Shown: positions 7,955 through 17,382, counted from the stretch's first letter. The stretch is DNA of 49,977 nt from Desulfobacterales bacterium (GCA_030145525.1 JAQYVL010000037.1:1-49977), one strand, 5' to 3'. Translations and numbers: made by a program. The notes: a model not told the origin generated them from the letters alone.

Positions 7955-9502
7955 TTACTTCTTGGCAGCAGATATTGCATGTATCGGAAGTTCGATTGAG
8001 AAACTTGTACCTTTACCCTCCGCGGATTTAACATTAATGGCGCCTCCATGTTCTTCAATGATCCCGTATGCCACCGAAAGACCAAGCCCCACTCCTTTAC
8101 CCTTCTTCTTGGTTGTGAAAAAAGGTTCAAACACTTTTGGAATGTTATCTTGAGGTATTCCAATTCCGGTATCCTTGAAAATGGCTTTAACTGTATTTTT
8201 TTTCAAAGAATGACTTGTTTTGATATTGAGAACACCTCCACCTGCAGATTCAATCGCTTCGGCTGCGTTTGATACAATATTCATAAAAACCTGTAGAATC
8301 TGGTCTTCCGACCCTTTAAGATCAGGCAGTTTCTGATCCAGTTTGGTTTCGATTCTTGCTCCGTCGATTTTTAGAAGATTCGAATTAAGAAAAAGCGTCT
8401 TTTCGATAAGCTGGTTGATATTGATTTTTTTAAGTTCCATCCTGGATTGGCGGGAGAAGGCAAGAAGGTTGGAGACTATTCTGCTGGTTCGCCTGGTTTC
8501 AGTTTCCATGAGATCCAGATACTGTCCGAACTGGTTATCTTTTTTTAGGTTTAAGCCATCCTCTTCTATGATTCGTTTCATCAGCATAATCAGGTTAAGT
8601 ATTCCTGCAATCGGATTGTTGATTTCATGCACTACTGAGGCTGAAAGCTTTCCAAGGGATGCCATTTTGTCCTGATGAAGGAGTTTCGCATGGGTTTCCT
8701 TAAGCTGTTTGGTTCTTTCTTCAACCATCTTCTCCAATCTTCTGGTGATTTCGGCTTCTTCCTGTTTGCTTTGTGAAATATCCTTGCTGATGTGGATAAA
8801 TTTGGAAATTTTTCCATCTTTTTCCCAAATGGGATAGATGTTGACTTCGTAATATCGCTTTTCGCCGTTCGGCATACGCCGTGTTTGTACCTGACGGCAC
8901 TGTCTTTTGTTTCTGATAACATCTTTTAGCGGGCAGTCAACCTTGCTCTCGTCGCATGGATGATCAATCTTATGATAAATCTGATAGCATTTTTTTCCTA
9001 TGACGTTTTTACGGCTGTATCCTGTTTTTTGGAGAAAGGCTTCATTGACTTCAACAACTTTCATATCAGGTGTCAATACAAGGATAAAGTCACGAATCCC
9101 GTCAATTATGGTCTCGATTTCTTTGGTGCGTTCCCTTAGTTTGCGCTCCTCAAGGCTGATTGCAGTCCATAGAATTTCAAATGTTTGAAATGACAGGAGT
9201 CTGATATTCTTCGGTTTTGTGGCAAGTACATCCTCTAATATTTCCATTTCCGGAGTCATCAGAATAAGAAGCTGCAGATCATAATCCGGTGAATACAGTC
9301 TGTGGTAATCTGTCTCGGTTTTGAGCCCGAGTTTTTCTGCAAATAAAATTCCCGGCGCATCATGGTCGGGATCTGCGACGGCGATTATTTTTGCATCAAT
9401 TTCATGGCGATATTCAAACGTTGACTTTGTAAGAAAATCCTTGCAGAATGTGCCGCCGCCGATGAGGGCTATGTTCATGATAACATGTTTTTTAGGCAAC
9501 AT
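7955..9502 (-). CDS. Cytoplasmic sensor histidine kinase: Rossmann-like N-domain + Cys-rich PAS + HisKA + HATPase
   Basis: The H-box (SASVVHEINNPIAGI) and the N/G boxes (NIVSNAAEA, DTGIGI, GKGVGLGLSV) are present. The PAS region has four Cys. The N-terminus is NIALIGGGTFCKDF...IIAVADPD, and no TM segment is visible. Confidence 0.9.
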   Translation of the reverse strand: MLPKKHVIMNIALIGGGTFCKDFLTKSTFEYRHEIDAKIIAVADPDHDAPGILFAEKLGLKTETDYHRLYSPDYDLQLLILMTPEMEILEDVLATKPKNIRLLSFQTFEILWTAISLEERKLRERTKEIETIIDGIRDFILVLTPDMKVVEVNEAFLQKTGYSRKNVIGKKCYQIYHKIDHPCDESKVDCPLKDVIRNKRQCRQVQTRRMPNGEKRYYEVNIYPIWEKDGKISKFIHISKDISQSKQEEAEITRRLEKMVEERTKQLKETHAKLLHQDKMASLGKLSASVVHEINNPIAGILNLIMLMKRIIEEDGLNLKKDNQFGQYLDLMETETRRTSRIVSNLLAFSRQSRMELKKININQLIEKTLFLNSNLLKIDGARIETKLDQKLPDLKGSEDQILQVFMNIVSNAAEAIESAGGGVLNIKTSHSLKKNTVKAIFKDTGIGIPQDNIPKVFEPFFTTKKKGKGVGLGLSVAYGIIEEHGGAINVKSAEGKGTSFSIELPIHAISAAKK

Positions 9503-9858
9503 TAACTCCCTTTTTGCAGGGCCTGCCGGGTTTATTTAAGAGGAGCGGAATCGATAGACCATGCCCGTTTATTGAACGCCATAATCGCATTATAACATTA
9601 CCGTCGTCATCCTGTTAGCAGCTTTGATTTTGCGAAACCCTATCATGGCCGGCATTCCGTTTTCAAGGTAAAATTTTGCCAGGATTGTGAACTCCTGAGT
9701 TTATATCCATTCCAAAAAATTGCGCTATTGGTGCGGATAAATTGGGGTTGACAAAATTTGATATTGATGGGAAGAACGGTGTAACTACCACGGAACAGTG
9801 TGTTTTAACGCGGAAAGACCTTCTTAAATAGTTTTAAGAAGAGGTGTTTGGAGGGTGT

Positions 9859-12800
9859 ATGACCAAGAAAGTCATTGGATCTGTTATGGTTTTAGGCGGA
9901 GGTATTGCAGGAATGCAGTCCGCTATAGACCTGGCCAACTCAGGATACTATGTTTATCTCGTCGAAAAATCATCAGCCGTTGGAGGGCTGATGTCCCAGC
10001 TTGATAAGACCTTCCCAACCAACGACTGTGCCATGTGAATTATATCACCCAAACTGGTCGAGGTCGGCCGGCACATAAATATTGAACTATTGACAAACAG
10101 CGAGCTTGAAAGTCTTGAGGGCGGACCCGGTAATTTCAAGGTCCGTGTGAGACAGGAACCGCGCTTTATTGATCTGTCCAAATGCACAAGCTGTGGAGAG
10201 TGTGATAAAGTATGCCCTGTTGAACTCCCAAATGAATATGATGAAGGACTTTCAACCAAAAGAGCTGCTTTTAAAAAATATGCCCAGGCAATCCCCGGTG
10301 CTTTTGCAATAGATAAAACGGATAATGCGCCATGCCGTTTGGCGTGCCCTGCCGGACTTAATGTTCAGGGCTACGTTCAAATGGTGAAGCAGGAAAAATA
10401 TGAAGAGGCGCTGCAAATTATTATGGAAGACCTTCCTCTTCCGGGAGTTCTCGGACGCATCTGTCCGCATGGCTGTGAAGATGCCTGCCGCCGATGCGAG
10501 GTGGAGGAGCCGGTCGCAATCTGTAAATTGAAACGACTTGCTGCCGACCGGTTTGATCCAAGGGATGTCAAAATTGATTGTCAGCCTGAAAAGGAGGGCA
10601 AAGTTGCGATTATCGGTTCCGGTCCGGCAGGCCTTTCTGCTGCCTATCATCTTGCACGTAAAGGGATCCAATCGACAATTTTTGAATCTTTGCCAAAGCC
10701 CGGCGGGATGCTGAGAGTGGGGATCCCGGATCATCGACTTCCCCCCGAAGTTCTTGACAGGGAGATAGAGGTCATAACAAACCTCGGTGTTGAGATAAAG
10801 ACGAATACTCCCCTCGGTCCTGAGTTGGCGATTGATGACCTTTTGGGGGATGGATACAAAGCGGTATATCTGGCAATGGGGGCTCATAAAGGTATTGAGC
10901 TTGGCATACCGGGGGAAAAAGCGGAAGGCATCCGCCAGGGAGTTGATTTTTTAAAAGAGGTAAACCTGACCGGAAAGGCAGAGGTTGGGAAAAAAGTTGC
11001 GATAATAGGCGGCGGAAATGTGGCGATTGATGTTTCCCGATCTGCAATAAGGCTTGGTGCAGAAGAAGTTACGATAATTTATCGCCGAACGAGAGCAGAA
11101 ATGCCTGCATGGGAAGAAGAAATCCATGCCGCTGAGGAAGAAGGTGTCGGAATAACTTATCTGTCGGCCCCCCAGGAAGTTCTTGTTCAAGAAGGCAGAG
11201 TCAGAGGCCTTCGATGTATCCGGATGGAGTTGAGTGAACCGGATTCATCCGGCCGCAAGAGGCCTGTTCCTGTTCCCGGAAGTGAATATGATATAGAGAT
11301 TGATCAGATTATTCCTGCAATCGGCCAAAGGCCGGATTTGTCTGTGATAGAGGATGTGACCGGTCTCACTTTTTCACGTTGGGGAACGACAGAAGTGAAT
11401 GCGGTAACCTATGCCACTGAGCGAGAAGGTGTTTTTGCCGGTGGAGACCTGCAGACCGGCCCATGGGTAGCCATAGGCGCAATCGCCGCAGGTCGTGAGG
11501 CGGCGGAATCTATCGCAAGATTCATAGATGGGCTTGATATGGAAGAGGGTCGCGAGCCTGTTGTAAATGAAAGCCCTGTTTATCGTCCGATTCCCGAGGA
11601 TCAGGTTAAGCAGGCAAGAGAAAAATTACCGGAACTGCCGGTAGAAGATCGTAAAGGTAATTTTAAGGAAGTGGAACTGGGCTTTGATGATGATGCCGGG
11701 CAAAAGGAAGCGGCAAGATGCCTTAATTGCGGCTACTGCTCCGAGTGCTTGCAGTGCGTTGATGTTTGTCTGGCAGGTGCAATTGATCACAGTCAGAAAA
11801 CTGAAATGAAAGAAATAGAAGTAGGCTCGGTAATCCTTTCCGCAGGAAGCAGGCCTTATGATCCTTCCGCTTTGGATGAATTTTATCATTACAAGACAAA
11901 TCCAAATGTCCTTACCAGCCTTGAGTTTGAAAGAATTTTAAGCGCTTCAGGCCCTACAATGGGGCATCTCGTTAGACCATCTGACAATAAGGAACCCAAA
12001 AAAATTGCCTGGCTTCAGTGCGTCGGATCAAGGGATAACAATAAGTGCGGCAATGGATATTGCTCTTCAGTTTGCTGCATGTATGCCGTTAAGGATGCAA
12101 TGATAGCCAAAGAGCATTCGAAAGAAGATCTGGACTGTGTTGTCTTCAATATGGACATCCGAACATTTGGTAAAGATTATGAAAAGTATTATAATCGTGC
12201 AAAGGACAAGGAAGGCGTCCGGTTCGTAAAAGCCAGAATCCATACCATCGGTGAAATCAGGGAAACCGGTGATCTTAACATTCGGTATGTGGACGACTCA
12301 GGCGCAATCTGTGAAGAAATATTTGATATGGTTGTGCTTTCCGTGGGTCTTCAAATAGAAGAATCAACGATTCAACTGGCGAAAAAGCTTGAAATTGATC
12401 TTGATAAATACAGTTTTGCCGATACACAACCCTTCACTCCTGTTGTGACCACGAGACCCGGGATATATGCATGTGGTGCTTTACAGGGGCCAAAGGATAT
12501 TCCGAGTTCGGTTACCGAGGCAAGTGCTGCCGCTGCCGCTGCCGGAATTTGTCTTGCAGACGCACGCGGTACCTGCACAAAATCTGTTGAAATTCCCGAG
12601 GAGATGGATGTCAGCGGTGAGGAGCCAAGGATTGGTGTATTTGTATGTAACTGCGGCATAAACATAGCCGGAGTTGTTGATGTCAAAGCTGTGGAAGAAT
12701 ACGCAAAAAGTATTCCGGGAGTGGTGTTCAGTACTCAAAATCTGTTTACCTGTTCCCAGGATTCACAAGACCAGATGAAGGAAATAATCAAGGAAAATAG

Positions 12801-14292
12801 ACTTAACAGAGTAGTCGTTGCCGCATGCACTCCGAAAACTCATGAAGGAATATTCATGGACACTCTCGAGGCTTGCGGTTTGAACAAATACCTTTTTGAA
12901 ATGGCAAATATTCGCAATCAGAATTCATGGCCGCATTCTGATGAGCCTGATACGGCAACGCAAAAGGCAAAAGATCTGGTGAGGATGGCGGCTGCCAGAG
13001 CGGCGACCCTCACACCGTTACATGAAAAAAAGATTTCCGTTATAGAAAGGGCACTGGTAATCGGAGGTGGCGTTTCCGGTATGAATGCCGCGTTAAATCT
13101 GGCGGATCAAGGATTTGAAGTGGTTCTGATAGATAAAGAGGCGGAACTGGGAGGCATGGCTAAACACCTCACGGAGACAATTGAGGGTGAAAATATAAGC
13201 ATTTACCTTGAAGAGCTCATTCGAAAGACTACTTCACATCCCAGGATTCAATCTTTGACGAACTCACTTGTTGTGGGGTTTTCGGGCTTTAAGGGGAATT
13301 TCAACACCGAAATACTGGTGGGGCCCGGTATGTATGAAAGAAAGATTGAACACGGTGTGGTCATTCTTGCAACAGGTGCAAATGAATATCAGCCCAAGGA
13401 GTTTCTTTATGGAGAAGATGAAAGGGTTGTAACCCAGGTCGAGCTTTCACAACAACTTGATGAAAAAGGGGCAGAGGGCCTTGACAGGGTAATCATGATC
13501 CAGTGCGTGGGATCAAGAAATGATGAAAATCCCAACTGTTCAAGGATTTGCTGCCAGGCCGCCATAAAAAATGCACTGCACATCAAGAAGCTTCGCCCTG
13601 ATACCGAAGTATTTATTCTTTATCGAGATATTAGATCATATGGTCTTCTTGAAGATTATTATACCGAGGCCAGAAAGCTCGGGGTTATTTTTTCACGGTA
13701 TGAGGCGGATAATCCGCCTGAGGTTAAAGTTGAGGATGGAGAGCTTTTTGTTACTTTCAGGGATCATGTTCTTGGTTGTGATCTAAAGGCGAGCGCTGAT
13801 ATTCTGGCCTTAAGCGCCGGTATGATAGCGGAGGATACGGAAGAACTCGCTTCGATCGTAAAGCTTGCGCGAAATGCGGAAGGCTTTTTTATGGAAGCAC
13901 ATGTAAAGCTCAGGCCTGTAGAAATGGCTACGGAAGGAATATTTATTTGCGGCACGGCCCATAGCCCCAAACTTATTACCGAGTCAATCGCCCAGGCACA
14001 GGCTGCGGCATCAAGAGCGGTTACCTTCCTTTCACAGTCCAGTTTGACCCTGTCGGCTGTTGTTGCGGAAGTAGAGGGAGAAAAGTGTGCTTCCTGCCTT
14101 ATTTGTGTACGCTCCTGTCCTTATGGCGTACCAAAAATAAATGAGGAGGGTGTCAGTGAGATCGATGAAGCCCTTTGTCACGGGTGTGGTGTTTGTGCAG
14201 CGGAATGTCCGGCTAAAGCGATTGAGCTTCACTGGTACGAGGATGATCAGTTACTTAGCAAGGTAGAGGCTTTGCTGGAAGGGGTGTTATGA
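9859..14292 (+). CDS. hdrA: Giant HdrA-like flavoprotein (tandem HdrA modules with embedded GltD/NfnB-like NAD(P)H module), selenocysteine at TGA 10036..10038
   Basis: ORFs 9844..10038 and 10090..14292 are in the same frame and separated only by one TGA. Read-through gives [18 protein letters not shown], the conserved HdrA DCxMC motif. GxGxxG FAD sites, the VGSRD...CSxxCC motif (twice) and 4Fe-4S CxxCxxCxxxCP motifs are present. GGAGGG precedes the ATG at 9859. Confidence 0.85.
10054..10071 (+). promoter_or_regulatory. Candidate bacterial SECIS hairpin for the hdrA UGA
   Basis: CUGGUC-GAGGUC-GGCCGG forms a 6-bp stem including G-U pairs, with a 6-nt loop containing GGUC. It starts 15 nt after the UGA. 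Confidence 0.4.
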
Positions 14293-14744
14293 AGCAGGAT
14301 TTTGAACCGATTATCGTCTCGTTTTGCTGCAATTTCTGAGGGTATACGGCAGCGGACCTGGCAGGTTCGATGAGGCTTAGCTATCCTACAAGTATTAAAA
14401 TTATTCGAGTTCCATGTACCGGCAAGGTAGATGTTATCCATATTCTCAGATCCTTTGAAAAAGGAGCGGATGGAGTTTATGTGGTCGGATGTATGGAAGG
14501 AGACTGCCATTTTAATAAAGGCAATTTTAGAGCCCGAAAACGGGTGGAACAGGCTCAAAAACTGCTGGAAGATATCGGAATCGGTGGGGAACGGGTAAAG
14601 ATGTACAACCTTTCTTCGAGTGAAGCGCCGCTTTTCGTAGAATATGCCAAAGAGATGTCAGAGAAGATTCTTGAACTTGGACCCAATCCGATTAAGGAGG
14701 CAAAAAAAAGTTTACGCGGGCAAAATGAGGCTGTCTCCGGCTGA
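14289..14744 (+). CDS. mvhD: MvhD/FlpD-like [2Fe-2S] protein with selenocysteine at TGA 14337..14339
   Basis: The ATG at 14289 overlaps the hdrA stop (ATGA). The frame is continuous with ORF 14370..14744 through one TGA. The translation [27 protein letters not shown]...IIRVPCTGKVD matches the MvhD motif CCNWCxYxxADxAG, with Sec at the Cys position. Confidence 0.8.
14353..14369 (+). promoter_or_regulatory. Candidate bacterial SECIS hairpin for the mvhD UGA
   Basis: CGGACC-UGGCA-GGUUCG forms a 6-bp stem with a 5-nt loop containing GG. It starts 13 nt after the UGA. Confidence 0.4.
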
Positions 14745-14823
14745 TTCCGAGTCTTTTGTCCGGGTCACTTTTTTGAGCTTTAACCCATGAACAAGAAACC
14801 ATATTATCTGTGAAGGTGTCTTT

Positions 14824-15492
14824 ATGATTGTTGCCGAAAGAAAACCGATTGATGAAATTATTGAAAAGATAAAGGATTACAATAAAATTCTTCTTTTGGG
14901 ATGTAATGAATGTGTTACGGTTTGCGAGGCCGGTGGGAAGAAGGAAGTCGGTGTGCTCGCCTCAGCTCTTCGAATGTATTTTTTGAATAAGGGAAAAGAG
15001 ATACTTATTGATGAAATTACCCTGGAGCGGCAGTGCGATCACGAGTATCTTGAAGAAATTCGCGACAGGATCGATCAATATGATGCCGTACTTTCCCTTG
15101 CCTGTGGTGTGGGCGTGCAGTTCATGGCTGATAAATATTTGTCAACACCAGTGTATCCAGGTGTTAATACATGCTTTTTAGGTGCTACGGAGAAGAGGGG
15201 GCTGTGGACCGAGAGGTGTCAGGCCTGCGGGCAGTGTATTCTCGCAAGCACCGGCGGAATCTGTCCTATATCCCGTTGTGCCAAGCGTGTTTTAAATGGT
15301 CCGTGCGGAGGGTCAACCAATGGTAAATGTGAACTCAGTAAAGAGCTTGATTGCGCCTGGCAGTTGATCATAGATCGGTTAAAAGCGATGGACAGGCTGG
15401 ATGATTATGAAAAACTGGCGGATATAAAGGACTGGTCCTCTGATAGGGCCGGGGGACCCAGAAAAGTTGTCAGGGAGGATGTTCAGGAATGA
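14824..15492 (+). CDS. metV: MetV-like Cys-rich small subunit of methylene-THF reductase (MTHFR C-terminal-like domain)
   Basis: Cys clusters are present (GCNECVTVCEAGG; CQACGQCILASTGGICPISRCAK...GPCGG). Its stop overlaps the metF start (ATGA). The gene order matches the known hdr-mvhD-metVF clusters. Confidence 0.75.
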   Translation: MIVAERKPIDEIIEKIKDYNKILLLGCNECVTVCEAGGKKEVGVLASALRMYFLNKGKEILIDEITLERQCDHEYLEEIRDRIDQYDAVLSLACGVGVQFMADKYLSTPVYPGVNTCFLGATEKRGLWTERCQACGQCILASTGGICPISRCAKRVLNGPCGGSTNGKCELSKELDCAWQLIIDRLKAMDRLDDYEKLADIKDWSSDRAGGPRKVVREDVQE

Positions 15493-16418
15493 GCGAAAAA
15501 ACATCAAGCAAACTGGAAAGAATTCTTGCCTCAGGCAATCTTGCCGTAACATCTGAATGTGGGCCGCCCCGAGGCACTGATCCTGAAGCGATTATTGAAA
15601 AAGCAAATCTGATAAAGGATTATGTCGATGCGATTAACATAACGGATAATCAGACCTCTGTTACTCGGATGTGCAGCCTGGCAGCGTGTATCCGGCTGAA
15701 ACTTATGGGCCTGGAGCCGGTTCTTCAAATGGTGACCAGAGATCGAAACAGAATTGCTTTGCAAAGCGATATTCTTGGCGCGGCTTCCTTTGATATTAAT
15801 AACATGCTATGCCTTTCAGGTGACCACCAGAGCTTTGGTGACTGTGCAGCAGGGCAGAACGTTCATGACCTTGACTCAATGCAGCTCCTTCAACTGGTGA
15901 GGAAAATGCGGGATGAAGGGAAATTTCTGGGTGGAGATGAGATTAAACGTCCTCCAAAAATGTTTGTCGGTGCTGCGGCCAACCCTTTTGCAGATCCATT
16001 CGAAATTCGGGTACCCCGCCTTGCAAAAAAGGTCGCTGCCGGTGCTGAATTTATTCAGACTCAATGTATTTATAATCTGGATAAGTTTGAGAAATGGATG
16101 GAAGGAGTCAGAGAGCGGGGTTTGCACGAGAAAGTCCATATCCTCGCGGGCGTTACCCCGTTTAAATCAGCCGGTATGGCACGATATATGAAAAACAGAG
16201 TGCCTGGTATGGATGTCCCTGATGATGTGGTCAAGAGGATGGCGGACACGCCAAAGGAAAAACAGGCGGAAGAAGGAATCAACATCTGTGTGGAATCGAT
16301 CCAGCGTCTTAAAGAAGTTGAGGGAGTTCATGGATTTCATGTGATGGCCATTGAATGGGAAGAGAAAGTCCCGGGAATAATAGAAAGGACAGGGCTCTAC
16401 CCCAGACCCGAAGTATAG
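15489..16418 (+). CDS. metF: Methylenetetrahydrofolate reductase
   Basis: The 309-aa protein has the MTHFR pattern (ECGPPRG, INITDNQ, RDRNRIALQSDILGA, FVGAAANP, GAEFIQTQ). It is translationally coupled to metV. Confidence 0.88.
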   Translation: MSEKTSSKLERILASGNLAVTSECGPPRGTDPEAIIEKANLIKDYVDAINITDNQTSVTRMCSLAACIRLKLMGLEPVLQMVTRDRNRIALQSDILGAASFDINNMLCLSGDHQSFGDCAAGQNVHDLDSMQLLQLVRKMRDEGKFLGGDEIKRPPKMFVGAAANPFADPFEIRVPRLAKKVAAGAEFIQTQCIYNLDKFEKWMEGVRERGLHEKVHILAGVTPFKSAGMARYMKNRVPGMDVPDDVVKRMADTPKEKQAEEGINICVESIQRLKEVEGVHGFHVMAIEWEEKVPGIIERTGLYPRPEV

Positions 16419-16600
16419 ATTCGTGTATACCTAAAAATGGCTGTTTACCCAGTTTCTACTTCAGGCTTAGATTATAATCCTTAAAATACTCCATAGTAAT
16501 ACTGCGGTTAAATTCTCGCCTTTTTGAATTTGAATAAAATTTTTTATTTATAGATGTATATCAGAATTGAATGTCCGCTCTTTAGGAAAGAGGGGAACGC

Positions 16601-16629
16601 TTGACATCCGCGAAGTCAGCAGATATAAA
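16601..16629 (+). promoter_or_regulatory. Sigma-70-like promoter TTGACA-N17-TATAAA
   Basis: The -35 is a consensus match, the spacer is exactly 17 nt and the -10 is near consensus. It lies about 114 bp upstream of the CheY-like gene. Confidence 0.4.
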
Positions 16630-16742
16630 TTGAACAGGTGTGTGTCGATTTGGAAGGCGGGATCGAATGATTGCCACAACGCTCGGGCGTGAAATTTTTT
16701 AATTAATAAATATAGATAGTTATAGTATTTAAGGGGGGAGGC

Positions 16743-17129
16743 ATGAGCGATAAAAAGACGATTCTTGTTGTTGATGATGAGCCTGATTTTGCTTCAATTG
16801 TACAGGCAAATCTCAAAAAGGAAGGCTTCAACGTAGAAGTGGCCTATGACGGTGTAGAAGCCCTCGAAAAGGTTAAGGCAAATCCGCCGGACGCGATTGT
16901 ACTCGATGTCATGATGCCTGAAAAGGACGGATTTGAGGTATGTTCGGAATTGAAAAAAGATGAAAAGTACATGGATATTCCCATTATCATGCTTACAGCT
17001 GTTGCAGACCATGTCAGTTCCACAAGATATTCTCATCATAGCGGGATGAGCATGGAGGCTGATGATTATCTTCCAAAACCAGCTTCCGCAGAAGACATTC
17101 TAGAAAGTGTAAAAAGTCTTCTTGAATAA
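16743..17129 (+). CDS. Stand-alone response-regulator receiver (CheY-like)
   Basis: The sequence ILVVDDEPD...DAIVLDVMMPEKDG...MLTA...KP is a 128-aa receiver domain only. A GGGGGGAGG RBS precedes it. Confidence 0.85.
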   Translation: MSDKKTILVVDDEPDFASIVQANLKKEGFNVEVAYDGVEALEKVKANPPDAIVLDVMMPEKDGFEVCSELKKDEKYMDIPIIMLTAVADHVSSTRYSHHSGMSMEADDYLPKPASAEDILESVKSLLE

Positions 17130-17382
17130 GGTATAATACCGGATTTTCACTTCATTTTTTTTTACACCAAATTGAGTAAATTTCCCGGGAAGAGCCGTTG
17201 AGGTTTAAGCGGCAGTTGACCTCTTTTACATCTTCCCGGAATTGATTCCGGGCGTTAATGGGGATTAAATCTGTTTCGAGATTGCAGGCCCTCTTTTTAA
17301 ATACCTTTAAGATGAATCGGCATTTTGTATAATCCGGAGTAATTTTTTCCCCACATCCCCCCCAAGCCAAACGGGTACAGGC

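Noticed and set aside
9748-9776. TTGACA at 9748..9753 as the hdrA promoter -35 element
   Set aside because: No acceptable -10 hexamer lies at 16-18 nt spacing (GAAGAA or GGAAGA), so it is not reported as a promoter.
9844-9858. GTG at 9844 as the hdrA start (ORF-track start)
   Set aside because: The GGAGGG RBS lies inside this extension, 4-5 nt before the ATG at 9859, which gives the typical MTKKV...GGGIAG HdrA N-terminus.
10252-10887. 211-aa minus-strand ORF inside the HdrA-like gene
   Set aside because: It is antisense to a motif-rich gene and has no motifs of its own.
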